DNA from: Candidatus Omnitrophota bacterium
GTDB lineage: Bacteria > Omnitrophota > Omnitrophia > Omnitrophales > Aquincolibacteriaceae
DNA: 64,000 nucleotides
Assembly (NCBI GenBank): GCA_016930235.1
Contig: JAFGHI010000025.1
Span: 16,437-80,436, forward strand
Reading direction: 5' to 3'
Part shown: positions 18,935 through 28,798 of the stretch, piece after piece
Position numbering within the stretch: the first letter of the stretch is position 1
Layout of the letters: every line of letters begins with the position of its first letter
Translations under genes and position numbers: made by a program
The notes under the pieces: model-generated
The model's database searches: none
The model's input: only the letters and a program-made list of their open reading frames with translations
Told to the model about the DNA's origin: nothing

Positions 18935-19872
18935 GATTGGCCGAGGCAATACCCGGCGGTTAACCGTTTACCGTTCGCATAATCGGCACCCGACATTTCT
19001 TTTCTGCCTTCGGGTCGTAAGCGATCAATAAGAAGATGTCCTTTTCCCGTTTGGACCCGGATAAAACCGTCCTTGGAAATCTCTTTGATTTCACCGGGTT
19101 TTCCTGCGCTTTCAGTTTTATTCCCGCAACGCGCCTTCAAAATAAGGATCTGCTTCTTTTGATCAAAGGTATACGCCCTCGGCCACGGAACAAGACCGCG
19201 AATTTGCCGATGAATTTCCTCTGCAGGCTTCGACCAATCGATATGCCCGTCTTCTTTTGTCAGCTTGCGCGCATACGATGATGTGATATCACTTTGCGGA
19301 ATCCGAAGCTCGGTCCCCTTGCCGATCTGTCTTAAGACAAAGGCCACCACCTGATAAGACAGCTCCGCCAACTTCCCGTTTAAAACTTCAGAATCCCAAT
19401 CAGGATCAAGCGGGATCCGTATTTGATGGAAAATATCCCCCGCATCCAGACGATGGGTCACTTCCGCCACGGATACTCCGGTTTCACTGTCGCCGTTTAA
19501 GATCGGCCAATTGATCGGAGCAGCACCTCGATACCGCGGCAAGATCGAGGGATGGACATTCAACGCATATTTTGCGGGTACCGTCAACCACGTTGAAGGG
19601 ATAAAGAGGCCGTAGGATGAAACCACAAAAAGGTCCGGCGTTAAAGCTTTGATCTTCTCCAACAAGGCTTCGTCTTTGAGAGTCTCCGGCATCTCGCAGG
19701 GAAGCTGTCTTTCTTCGGCAAAGAGACGAACCGGGGTCGGCTGCATCACAAGACCGCGGCCCTTTTTCTTGTCCGGCGTCGTAATGATAAGAACAACCTC
19801 GTGCCCGCTCTCCAAGCAGGCCTCCAATGCCTTCATTGAAAAATCCGAAGATCCAAAGAATATAATTTTCAT
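18931..19872 (-). CDS. fmt: Methionyl-tRNA formyltransferase
   Basis: MKIIFFGSSDF, TTPDKKKGRG, NVHPSILPRYRGAAPINW, LDAGDI, IRGLVPWP; follows def. Confidence 0.95.
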   Translation of the reverse strand: MKIIFFGSSDFSMKALEACLESGHEVVLIITTPDKKKGRGLVMQPTPVRLFAEERQLPCEMPETLKDEALLEKIKALTPDLFVVSSYGLFIPSTWLTVPAKYALNVHPSILPRYRGAAPINWPILNGDSETGVSVAEVTHRLDAGDIFHQIRIPLDPDWDSEVLNGKLAELSYQVVAFVLRQIGKGTELRIPQSDITSSYARKLTKEDGHIDWSKPAEEIHRQIRGLVPWPRAYTFDQKKQILILKARCGNKTESAGKPGEIKEISKDGFIRVQTGKGHLLIDRLRPEGRKEMSGADYANGKRLTAGYCLGQS

Positions 19873-19903
19873 GGTATTTCCTTTATGCCTCGAAGTATGA
19901 AAA

Positions 19904-20008
19904 TTCCTACTTCCCGCCTCTTACTTCGTACTTCCTACCTCATACTTCCGGCTTCCTACTTCTTACCTCTTACTTCCGACTTCTTACTTCATACTTCCTA
20001 TTTCCTGC
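19904..20008. repeat. 15 x 7-nt degenerate tandem repeat (YTCNNRC), class-3 arm
   Basis: ttcctac ttcccgc ctcttac ttcgtac ... ttcctgc in unbroken phase between def and fmt. Confidence 0.9.
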
Positions 20009-20010
20009 CC

Positions 20011-20523
20011 TTAAAGTCTCCGTCCCTTTTCCTTCTGGATTTGTTCGTATTGGGCGAGCAACTCCTGGCGGGTCCCAAAATCCACGCGATCCACAAAAAG
20101 TTTGCCGTTCAGGTGGTCTGTCTCATGCTGAATGACGCGCGCGTAAAAATCCTTGGCCGTCATCTCGCATTTTGTTCCCTCCCGGTCATAATATCGAAGC
20201 CGAATGGATTTGGCCCGTGGGACCTTCGCCGATATATTGGGAAGACTCAAACAACCTTCGACGTCTGTCTCCTCACCCTGCATCTGATCAATCTCGGGGT
20301 TGATGACGATAATTTCTTCTCCCTGTTTCATCGTCGGGCATGCCACGAATATTTGTTTTGCAACTCCCACTTGAGTCGCCGCCAAACCGACACCATCCTC
20401 CACATACATGGTTTCGATAAGGTCCTCAATGAACTCCTGGGTTTCGGGACCAAAATCAGACACCCTTTTCGCGGTCTTCAGTAAAATCGGAGCCGGATAA
20501 ACATATATTTTTAATACAGCCAT
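20011..20523 (-). CDS. def: Peptide deformylase
   Basis: GVGLAATQVG, EGCLSLP, QHETDHLNG; ATG 20523 after GGAGG. Confidence 0.97.
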   Translation of the reverse strand: MAVLKIYVYPAPILLKTAKRVSDFGPETQEFIEDLIETMYVEDGVGLAATQVGVAKQIFVACPTMKQGEEIIVINPEIDQMQGEETDVEGCLSLPNISAKVPRAKSIRLRYYDREGTKCEMTAKDFYARVIQHETDHLNGKLFVDRVDFGTRQELLAQYEQIQKEKGRRL

Positions 20524-20577
20524 AGTTTCACGACCTCCTAAGCGCATTATAACGAAACGCCCGAAACCGGATCAACA

Positions 20578-22644
20578 TCATAAAATCGATAAGGGGTCCA
20601 CATCGATAGCGACTTGAACCGCTGCGGGCTTTCGCAAAGATGCAAGGCATTGACTCACTCTTCCCGCAAGTTTCATCCCTCGAGCGAATTTGATCATGAT
20701 ATGCCACCTAAAATGACCGCGTAATTTATAAAACGGCAAGGGTGAGGGGCCCACAATTTGTGCCCACTCCGATTGTCCCGGCGCGGGGTTATCCCCGCTC
20801 ATGATGCCTTGAAATTCCTTTCGCAACTGGTCCCGCAGCTCCCTTGAAAACAGATACACCTTTTTCTCCTCGCGGGAACGGACAATGATGTTCATCAGCT
20901 GGTAAGCCGGAGGATAATGGAAAAGATGCCTTTCGGGAAGTTCCTGCTTATAAAAATTTAAGTAATCGTGATTTTTTGAAAACTTAACGCTGGGATGATC
21001 AGGGGAAAACGTTTGAACATAAACGCGCCCCGGCTGACTTCCTCGGCCGGCCCGTCCGGCTACCTGCGTTAAAAGCTGAAAGGTCCTTTCGGCCGATCGA
21101 AAATCCGGAAGCATCAAACCAACATCGGCAAGGATGACTCCGACAAGGGTCACGTGGGGAAAATCAAAACCTTTCGCAATCATCTGGGTCCCGATCAGGA
21201 TATCCGAATTGCCTTCCCGAAATCCTTTCAATATTTTTTCATGAGACCCTTTCCGGCGGACACTGTCGGCATCCAAACGCGAAATACGCGCCGTGGGAAA
21301 TTGTTTTGCAACTTCGCTCTCCACTTTCTCGGTTCCAAATCCGGCAAATTTCAGCATCGGAGACTTACATTGGCCGCAAATGACCGGTACGGGCTTCTCG
21401 GCATTGCAGTAATGGCACAAAAGCGAGTTGTCCTCCTGGTGAAATGTCAGTGACACCTGGCAGGAATCGCATTGTTCGACATAACCGCACTTCGGACAGT
21501 GGATATGGGTCGAAAACCCTCTCCGGTTTAAAAGCAGCAGCGTGCCTTCCTTGGCTTTCAGATTTTTTTCAATTTCGGTGGCGAGCGGAAAGCTGAGTAT
21601 CCCTTTTTTTCTAAATGCCGGTCCGCTATTTTTTAAATCGACAATATGCACTTCCGGAAGAGGCCGGTCTTCGATCCGGCTGGTTAAATCCAAACGGACA
21701 ATTTCACCGGTCTCGGCCTTGTACATCGTCTCCAAGGAAGGCGTTGCAGATCCCAGGACCATCACTGCATTTTCATTTTGAGCGCGGAATTGGGCGACTT
21801 CTCTGGCATGATATCGTGGATTGGTCTCCTGCTTATAAGAGTTTTCATGCTCTTCATCGATAATAATCAAGCCTAAATTCGGGACCGGGGCAAAAATGGC
21901 CGAACGCGGCCCCAACACCACGCGCTTTCGTCCGCTTTCGAGACGCTTCCAAGCCAGAAACCTTTCGGTATCATTCAACTTACTGTGCAGGATTTCGAGT
22001 TCATCCCCGAAGTGATCGTGGAAAAACCTCTTAATCTGTTCGGTTAAAGCAATCTCCGGTACCAGACAGATGGCCGACTGATTCTGCTTCAAAATATCCC
22101 GGATGGCCCGAATGTAAACTTCGCTCTTCCCGCTGCCGGTGATCCCGTAGAGGAGAATGGGCTTCGGATTTTCCTCGAGGAATCCCGAACGAATGGCCTC
22201 AAGCGCCCTTTTCTGATCGTCCGTCAAATTGAAATCTTCCTTCTTTTCCCAATCAACGACTTCCGCGATGGATTCCTTCTGAAGGGCTCTCTCGGCCTTC
22301 TTGCCGTACTTCACCCAGCGCGGCAAGGCATTTTCGATCGCCTCACCCCAACTGGACCCATAATATTCAGAGATCCATTTAGTCAGCTCAAGAACTTTTC
22401 CGGACAGAACCGGCTCATCGTCAAGAATATCCTTGATGTCCTTACAAGAAATGTCATCGGCGGCTTCCTTGCGATCGACGAGATAACCAATCAATTCCCT
22501 GTTTCTGAAAGGAATCGAGACGCGAACCCCGCGCTTAATTTTGGGTTCTAGTTCAGCCGGAACCGCGTAAGTAAAAAGTCCTGTGACGGGAAGGGGTACC
22601 GCAATATCGATCAATAATTTCGTCACTTCGGTTGTTTGGGACAT
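20578..22644 (-). CDS. priA: Primosomal protein N'
   Basis: GITGSGKSEVY, VPEIALT, IIDEEHE.SYKQ, NRRGF + Cys zinc motifs, GTQMIAKG.DFP.V, QVAGRAGR, IDVDP. Confidence 0.97.
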   Translation of the reverse strand: MSQTTEVTKLLIDIAVPLPVTGLFTYAVPAELEPKIKRGVRVSIPFRNRELIGYLVDRKEAADDISCKDIKDILDDEPVLSGKVLELTKWISEYYGSSWGEAIENALPRWVKYGKKAERALQKESIAEVVDWEKKEDFNLTDDQKRALEAIRSGFLEENPKPILLYGITGSGKSEVYIRAIRDILKQNQSAICLVPEIALTEQIKRFFHDHFGDELEILHSKLNDTERFLAWKRLESGRKRVVLGPRSAIFAPVPNLGLIIIDEEHENSYKQETNPRYHAREVAQFRAQNENAVMVLGSATPSLETMYKAETGEIVRLDLTSRIEDRPLPEVHIVDLKNSGPAFRKKGILSFPLATEIEKNLKAKEGTLLLLNRRGFSTHIHCPKCGYVEQCDSCQVSLTFHQEDNSLLCHYCNAEKPVPVICGQCKSPMLKFAGFGTEKVESEVAKQFPTARISRLDADSVRRKGSHEKILKGFREGNSDILIGTQMIAKGFDFPHVTLVGVILADVGLMLPDFRSAERTFQLLTQVAGRAGRGSQPGRVYVQTFSPDHPSVKFSKNHDYLNFYKQELPERHLFHYPPAYQLMNIIVRSREEKKVYLFSRELRDQLRKEFQGIMSGDNPAPGQSEWAQIVGPSPLPFYKLRGHFRWHIMIKFARGMKLAGRVSQCLASLRKPAAVQVAIDVDPLSIL

Positions 22645-22659
22645 CCAATAGCACCTTAT

Positions 22660-22902
22660 ATTTTAGATTTCGGATTGCGGAATGCGGATTGCCCGCTTAG
22701 GCAAAAATCCGAAGTATGAAGTATGAAATGTGAAAAAAGATGAATCGTAAGTAAATGAGTCCATAGCGACTATTTTTTCGCTTTTCTCTCCTACCGCGCA
22801 CATCATATTTTTTACGTCATATTCCATGCGTCCTTCATACTTCATACCTCGTACCTCATATTTCTTTATTCAATCCAAAATCCGAATTCCAAAATCCAAA
22901 AT
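22660..22902. repeat. Nested inverted-arm element: outer class-2 arms, inner class-3 arms
   Basis: gatttcg gattgcg gaatgcg gattgcc... gaagtat gaagtat gaaatgt [interior] ttcatac ttcatac ctcgtac ctcatat ... caatcca aaatccg aattcca aaatcca. Confidence 0.85.
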
Positions 22903-23645
22903 TAGAGTTTCACATCGCCCAAGTTATCCATTTCCCCCTTGATCTTTTTCATATCCTCCCAGACCTTACGCTTCTCCCCGGGATTGCGCAAAAGATAAGC
23001 CGGATGGTACGTGCAAAGAACCGGAATCCCGCGGTAGTCGTGGAATCTTCCCCGCATTTGAGAAATGGACGAGCCCGTTTTGAGAAGGGCTTGTGCGGCA
23101 AATGTTCCTAAGGCACAGATGATTTTGGGTTGAATCAAATCAATGGTCCCGCTCAAAAAAGGTTCGCAATTTAAAATTTCTTCCGGCTTGGGGGTGCGGT
23201 TTCCGGGCGGACGGCAGCGCAGGCAATTCGCTATAAAAACATCCGAACGCTTGAGCCCGATCGATTCGATAATCTTCGTCAAAAGCTGTCCGGCTTTTCC
23301 CACAAAGGGCAGCCCTTGAATATCCTCATCACGGCCGGGCGCTTCCCCGACGAACATTAATTTAGCTTGAACATTGCCCGCCCCAAAAACGACTTTGTTG
23401 CGCGTCGACGCTAATTCTTCACAAGCGGTACATTTCAAGGCTTGTTCACGCAAATCGATCAGTTTTTCTCGAACACTTTTGGCTTCCGTTGAGGATTTTA
23501 CCCGAACCGGTCCGGCATCGGCTCGAACGGCTACAGGCTTCGATGCGGGGGCAAGGTAAACCTCCTCAATCCCATCCTCTTTCAGCATTTGCATAAAAAG
23601 CTTGGCTTCCGAGGTCTTAAGCGCTGTCTCCTGACTCGGGTTCAT
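22902..23645 (-). CDS. Uracil-DNA glycosylase family 4
   Basis: C..C.EL, FVGEAPGRDED..G.PFVGKAGQLL, CRPPGNR.P, TYHPAYLLRNP. Confidence 0.93.
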   Translation of the reverse strand: MNPSQETALKTSEAKLFMQMLKEDGIEEVYLAPASKPVAVRADAGPVRVKSSTEAKSVREKLIDLREQALKCTACEELASTRNKVVFGAGNVQAKLMFVGEAPGRDEDIQGLPFVGKAGQLLTKIIESIGLKRSDVFIANCLRCRPPGNRTPKPEEILNCEPFLSGTIDLIQPKIICALGTFAAQALLKTGSSISQMRGRFHDYRGIPVLCTYHPAYLLRNPGEKRKVWEDMKKIKGEMDNLGDVKL

Positions 23646-24763
23646 TTCTCAACACCTCTTAATGCTTCTCGCACAAGATCATCGGACGCATTCGGTTTCG
23701 CCAATTCCCGGATAATCCTTTTTTTCTCTTCCAGCATTCCGGGATTCTTGAAAATCGTGCCCATAATCAATCGGACATCTTCCGGTTTTTTCATCATAAA
23801 AGCCGCATTTCTCGTTTTCAAAATCTTCGTGTTCCACATTTCCTGCCCGGGAATGGGGTCGATGACGATCATCGGAACACCTTTGGCCAGGCTTTCGGTT
23901 GTTGTTGCTCCGCCGGGTTTGGCAATCATCAAATCACTGGCTTCCATCAAATCGTGCATAAAGTCAACGAAACCGAAAATCTTGACCGGAAAACGATAAC
24001 TTTTCGTTTCCAGCTGCCTTTTCATTTCTTCGTTATATCCGCAAACAACAAAACATTGAACCCGGTCATGAAAATCATCCAGGGCCTTCAAAATACCCTC
24101 CTGCGGCCCCAATCCGAAACTGCCGCTTGTCACCAAAACCGTCAACCGATCGTCTTGAAATCCCCATTTTTTCAAAATCTCCGATTTCTTGCCTCTGGGC
24201 AGAAAAATCGGATCGACGGGAATTCCGCCCACGCGAATATTTTTCTCCTCGACACCCTTCTTCATGAGGGCTTCCTTGCCCTCCTCGCTCATGATCCAGT
24301 AAAGATCCGTTCCCCGGCTCAGCCAATAAGCATGGGGATAGAAATCGGTCACCACGGTAATTAATTTAGACCGGAGTTTCCCTTCGCGTTTTGCCCGCGC
24401 AAATAGCTCGGCCGGAAAAAAATGCGTCGAAATAATCGCGTGAGGCTTTTCCTTCATCACTTCTTCGAGAACCCCCCGCCCCATGACCCGGTTCGAAAAA
24501 CTGTTGATCGGTCCGAATAAACGATCCATCTTCGGTTGATCCAAGGTTTCATAGATCCATCCCCATAGCCCCGGGCAATATTTCACCATATAAAAATAAA
24601 CGGCCGGGTACGCCTTGCGAAAATAGGCCGGGGTATGATCCAGGATATCCTCAAGCTTAACATCCTGGGCCGATAAACCGCTCCTCAAAAAGGCCTTTTC
24701 GAGGACCTCCGCCACACGTTTATGCCCTTGTCCGGCATTGGCATGATAAAGACGAATCTTCAT
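23642..24763 (-). CDS. MGDG-synthase/UgtP-like glycosyltransferase (GT28)
   Basis: AGQGH..VA, IISTHFF, VVTDF, GIPVDP, KPGGATTTE, PIPGQE..N. Confidence 0.85.
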   Translation of the reverse strand: MKIRLYHANAGQGHKRVAEVLEKAFLRSGLSAQDVKLEDILDHTPAYFRKAYPAVYFYMVKYCPGLWGWIYETLDQPKMDRLFGPINSFSNRVMGRGVLEEVMKEKPHAIISTHFFPAELFARAKREGKLRSKLITVVTDFYPHAYWLSRGTDLYWIMSEEGKEALMKKGVEEKNIRVGGIPVDPIFLPRGKKSEILKKWGFQDDRLTVLVTSGSFGLGPQEGILKALDDFHDRVQCFVVCGYNEEMKRQLETKSYRFPVKIFGFVDFMHDLMEASDLMIAKPGGATTTESLAKGVPMIVIDPIPGQEMWNTKILKTRNAAFMMKKPEDVRLIMGTIFKNPGMLEEKKRIIRELAKPNASDDLVREALRGVEK

Positions 24764-24765
24764 CC

Positions 24766-25341
24766 CTAACGGATCCCTTTCTTTAAGATCTCGACGGCCG
24801 ATCTCAGATTATCACAAACAGCATCGGGTCTCGATTCCTCGGTTAAGCGGGTTTCGTCACGTCTTCCATACCCCGTTCGGACAAGTATCGTCTTAAGGCC
24901 AAAACGCTTCCCCGCTAAAATGTCCGAGACCTTATCCCCGATCATATAGGTTTTTTGAGGATCATACTGAATATCTTTGACGGCCTCTTCAAGGAGCCCG
25001 ACCTCCGGCTTGCGGCATTTACACTTCTCATCCTTCCCATGAATACAGTACATCGCATCACGAATCGACACACCATGTCTTTTGAGTTCGGCGAGCATTT
25101 TATGATGGATTTCCCAAAGAATATCTTCGGAAAAGAGTCCGTCCCCAACTCCCGCTTGATTCGATATCATTATGATTTCAAGCCCCATCCTGGAAATCAA
25201 CTGGAGAGCTTCGATAGCCCCTTCTTCAAATTGGAAGTCCTCCCACTTGGTCACATAGTCCATCAAATCAACATTGACGACACCATCACGGTCAATAAAA
25301 ATAATCTTTTTCATCTTGAAATTTCCCTTTTGCATGATCAC
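24766..25341 (-). CDS. gmhB: D,D-heptose 1,7-bisphosphate phosphatase (HAD IIIA)
   Basis: FIDRDGVVN, SNQAG, C.H...C.CRKP, MIGDK.SDI.AG. Confidence 0.85.
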   Translation of the reverse strand: MIMQKGNFKMKKIIFIDRDGVVNVDLMDYVTKWEDFQFEEGAIEALQLISRMGLEIIMISNQAGVGDGLFSEDILWEIHHKMLAELKRHGVSIRDAMYCIHGKDEKCKCRKPEVGLLEEAVKDIQYDPQKTYMIGDKVSDILAGKRFGLKTILVRTGYGRRDETRLTEESRPDAVCDNLRSAVEILKKGIR

Positions 25342-26471
25342 TTTCGCCGGTAAAATTCGCGCGCCGCTTGATAAACGCGGTCAATTTCGGACTCTTCCAT
25401 TTCCGGGAACATGGGCAAAGCAACCACTTCCCGGCACAAGCGATCGGTTATAGGCAATCGTTGTGATTTCCGGACAAATTGACGGTAAGCAGGATGCCGG
25501 TGGACCGGCACCTCATAATGTATCATGGTTTGCACCCCTTCTTCGGCAAGCTTTTGGCGGAAATCATCTCTTTTCCCGCTCGGCACACGAACAACGTACA
25601 AATGATAAACATGGCGTGCTTGTTCGGGACGATACGGCAGGATAAGAGGCGTCTCTTTGAGGTACTCATCGTAAACCCCCGCGATTTCCTGGCGCCGCTC
25701 CGTCAATTCATCAAGATGTTTGAGTTTGACCCTCAGAATGGCCGCCTGAACGGCATCCAGGCGCGTGGCCCATCCCGCAACAACGTATTTCCCAGCTTCA
25801 TTTCGACCTACATTCCGAAACTCGCGCACCTTATTTCGGGTCTTTTCCGAAAGCGTTGTCACCATCCCGCCGTCACCGAAGGCCCCTAAATTTTTGGTCG
25901 GATAAAAACTAAAACAGCCGGCATCGCCAAAGCTTCCGACTCTCCGGGCACTCCATTCGGCCCCGTGGGCCTGAGCGCAATCTTCGATCAATTTCAATTT
26001 CTTTGTCCGAACAATCTGCATCAAGGCGTCCATGTCCGCCGAAAGCCCGTATAAGTGAACCGGGAGAATCGCTTTCGTCTTTTTCGAAAGCAATCTTTCC
26101 ACCGAAACGGGATCCAAGTTGAACGTCTTCGGATCAACATCCGCAAAAACGGGTTTCGCTCCGACATGCGTAATTGCATAAACAGTAGAAACAAAGGTAT
26201 AAGAAGGAACCAGGATCTCGTCTTTGGGTTGAATACCGACAGCCTTAAGGGCCAGTATCAAGGCATCGGTTCCCGAGCCGATGCCGATCGCATCAGGCGT
26301 CGTGCAATAAGCCGCAAATTCTTCTTCAAACGCCCTGACGATATCGCTCAAGATATAATTTCCGGAATCGAGAACCTGCGCGATGGCCTGATCGATTTCC
26401 GTTTTGAAGCGAAGATATTGTCTTGTCGTATTAAAATAAGGGACCTTTGTCATTTCCCGATGAACAGCCAC
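25338..26471 (-). CDS. DegT/DnrJ/EryC1/StrS aminotransferase
   Basis: SGTDAL, PVHLYG, IEDCAQAHGA, FSFYPTKNLGAFGDGG. Confidence 0.92.
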   Translation of the reverse strand: MAVHREMTKVPYFNTTRQYLRFKTEIDQAIAQVLDSGNYILSDIVRAFEEEFAAYCTTPDAIGIGSGTDALILALKAVGIQPKDEILVPSYTFVSTVYAITHVGAKPVFADVDPKTFNLDPVSVERLLSKKTKAILPVHLYGLSADMDALMQIVRTKKLKLIEDCAQAHGAEWSARRVGSFGDAGCFSFYPTKNLGAFGDGGMVTTLSEKTRNKVREFRNVGRNEAGKYVVAGWATRLDAVQAAILRVKLKHLDELTERRQEIAGVYDEYLKETPLILPYRPEQARHVYHLYVVRVPSGKRDDFRQKLAEEGVQTMIHYEVPVHRHPAYRQFVRKSQRLPITDRLCREVVALPMFPEMEESEIDRVYQAAREFYRRK

Positions 26472-27239
26472 CTAGGCCACCTCTTTCTTTCGTTTCATTT
26501 CACGGTACTTTGCGTAGGAAAAAAGCTGATAGAGTCCATGAAAGACGGACATAAGAAACCCCATGAATCCGTGTTTCCATCCTTGCTTCAGGAAATAGTT
26601 CTTGAGGAAACGGTCTGCGGTCTTCCTCAAGATAGTCGCCATCCGGACTTTTCGTCCGTCCTGGATCCACTTGTCGGCCTCAAGCGTTGTCTCCCGGTTA
26701 AATTTGCATATCCATTGCTGCAAGGTTTCGCAGGAATAGTGAAGGATGTCGCCTTTCAGTTGACCGCAGGTTCCCTCATAAATTACCCGAGGATGCACAC
26801 GCGCTTCTTCATAACGGAACTGTCCCTTCCTGAAAAATCTGGCCTTCGCCGCCGGATAATACCCTGCGCCCTGAATCCACTCATCCCCAATAAAGGTTTT
26901 GATCGGAATCGCGTAGCAAACATGCGGGGAAGCATTCTCTCGAGCAATCTCAGAAATTTCAACCGCAAGTTCCGGCGTGACCCGTTCATCGGCATCAAGA
27001 CTCAAGACCCAATGCTGAGTCGCCTTGTCGTAACCGAAATTCCTGTGCCGGCCCTCGATGTCCATCGCCCGCTCGAACACCTTGGCTCCGCACTTTTTGG
27101 CAATTTCAACCGTGCGGTCGGTACTCTGGTCATCAATCACGATGATTTCCCGGGCCCATGCCGCACTCTTCAAACAATCCTCTAAACGTTTCTCTTCGTT
27201 CTTGGCAATCACCACAACAGAAACGGGTGCTTTACTCAT
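26472..27239 (-). CDS. GT2 glycosyltransferase (KdtX/WaaE-like)
   Basis: VSVVVIAKNEE, DDQSTDRT, LSLDADE, VH; ATG 27239 after AAGGAG. Confidence 0.88.
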   Translation of the reverse strand: MSKAPVSVVVIAKNEEKRLEDCLKSAAWAREIIVIDDQSTDRTVEIAKKCGAKVFERAMDIEGRHRNFGYDKATQHWVLSLDADERVTPELAVEISEIARENASPHVCYAIPIKTFIGDEWIQGAGYYPAAKARFFRKGQFRYEEARVHPRVIYEGTCGQLKGDILHYSCETLQQWICKFNRETTLEADKWIQDGRKVRMATILRKTADRFLKNYFLKQGWKHGFMGFLMSVFHGLYQLFSYAKYREMKRKKEVA

Positions 27240-27252
27240 TTTGACTCCTTCG

Positions 27253-27393
27253 TAACAGACCAAAGACCGAAGACTCAAGACAACAGACCGAATTCTAAAA
27301 AAATACCTTCATATTCAACTTTTTTAAACCCATTTAAATCTTTCTCACCAAAGTTTTTGGTCTTTAGTCTTTGGTCTCCAGTCTTCGGTCTTC
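27253..27393. repeat. Class-4 (AGAC/GTCT 7-mer) inverted-arm element
   Basis: aacagac caaagac cgaagac tcaagac aacagac ... gtcttta gtctttg gtctcca gtcttcg gtcttca. Confidence 0.85.
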
Positions 27394-27394
27394 A

Positions 27395-28798
27395 TTAATA
27401 CGCGTTTTTAAAACCTCTTGAGGTTAACGTCATCAGTAAAATTTCAATATCAAACAAAAGAGACCAGTTTTCCATATAAAAAAGATCATACTTAATGCGT
27501 TCTTGAATGGAGGTATTTCCCCGGTAACCGTTCACCTGGGCCCAGCCCGTAATGCCCGCTTTAACCTTATGCCGTGACATATATCGGGGTATAGCTTCTC
27601 GAAATTGACTGATAAAATGCGGGCGTTCGGGACGAGGTCCGATTAAACTCATTTCGCCTTTGAGCACATTCAAAAACTGAGGCAATTCGTCAAGGTTCCA
27701 GCGCCGCAAGAAATTGCCGATCCGGGTGCGGCGAGCATCTTTGACATTGGCCCAAACCGGACCCGAATCCTTTTCTGCATCTACCCGCATCGTCCTGAAC
27801 TTGAGCAAATTAAAAACTTTTTCGTCGCGCCCCATTCTCTCCTGACTGTAGAAAATAGGACCTCCGTCATCAAGCTTAATGAGCACAATCACAAATAACC
27901 ACAAAGGGAAACTCAAAAGAAGCAAGATGGATACCGCCAGAAGATCAAAACACCGCTTGGCAAACCGATTCCAAATATCGTCCAACGGTAAAGGCCTGAA
28001 TCCGAGTAACGGGACCGTGCTAATATAATCCACGTCAACGTTGCGGGATAATAACCCGTAAAAATCGGCTCCGATTTTAAATTCGATGAATTTATCTTCG
28101 CAGGCAGCCACCAAATCGGTGATCCTTTCCCGCGTAAAACTCGTATCCAAGAGAATGACCTCGTTGGGCTTCAGATGATCAATAAAACTTTCGCATTGAT
28201 CCGAGATGCCAAGAATCGGAACCCCTTCGACATGTTTGCCGACAAGACCGGGATCCTTTGCGAGGACTCCCACGATTTCACGCCCATAATGAGGGTTGTT
28301 TTTCGCCCATTGAATGATTTGGCGCGTATTGCGATTACTCCCAAGAAGAAGGATCCGTTTAATGTCCCGCTTCTTGATTTTTCTCCTGTATTCCCATTGG
28401 ATCATGAGATAACGCGAAAAAGTCAAAATAATCCCCGAAATGACCCACAAAGTCACCAGGTAAATTCTTGAATAGGAAAAACCACGGTAAAAGAATGTCA
28501 CGGCCATTAGAATGACAACCGAAAAGGTCACCGCTTTAGAAACCAAAAAGATCTCTTCGATCCTTCGAATATGCCGGTACGTTGAATACAATCCATATTC
28601 TCTGAAGAAGTAAAGATAAACCGGAAGAATCACCATAAGCGCCTGAACATAAGGCAGGAAACTGGGGATATTTTCGCTCGAAATCCAACCCGTCACAAAC
28701 CGCACGTAATAAGCAAAAAAGACACTCGCAATCACCGCACCGCAGTCGGCAAGGACCGTCAGGAAAATAAAATGGAGTCTCTTTTCAGTTGTCGGCAT
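27395..28798 (-). CDS. Undecaprenyl-phosphate sugar phosphotransferase (WcaJ/WbaP family)
   Basis: KR.FD, IFYSQERMG, KFRTM, LDELPQF.NVLKGEMSLIGPRPERP, GITGWAQVNG.RG, YDL.Y..NWS...D. Confidence 0.93.
   Translation of the reverse strand: MPTTEKRLHFIFLTVLADCGAVIASVFFAYYVRFVTGWISSENIPSFLPYVQALMVILPVYLYFFREYGLYSTYRHIRRIEEIFLVSKAVTFSVVILMAVTFFYRGFSYSRIYLVTLWVISGIILTFSRYLMIQWEYRRKIKKRDIKRILLLGSNRNTRQIIQWAKNNPHYGREIVGVLAKDPGLVGKHVEGVPILGISDQCESFIDHLKPNEVILLDTSFTRERITDLVAACEDKFIEFKIGADFYGLLSRNVDVDYISTVPLLGFRPLPLDDIWNRFAKRCFDLLAVSILLLLSFPLWLFVIVLIKLDDGGPIFYSQERMGRDEKVFNLLKFRTMRVDAEKDSGPVWANVKDARRTRIGNFLRRWNLDELPQFLNVLKGEMSLIGPRPERPHFISQFREAIPRYMSRHKVKAGITGWAQVNGYRGNTSIQERIKYDLFYMENWSLLFDIEILLMTLTSRGFKNAY

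Noticed and set aside
19885-20484. ORFs translated from repeat arms (also 6667, 6854, 7081, 8212, 17632, 22663, 41573)
   Set aside because: Low-complexity peptides (TSYFL, FEIRIS, DFGLRI) arise from heptamer repeats lacking stop codons.
26055-27185. 376-aa plus-strand ORF and many other short antisense ORFs
   Set aside because: They fully overlap well-supported minus-strand genes and show no recognisable motifs.
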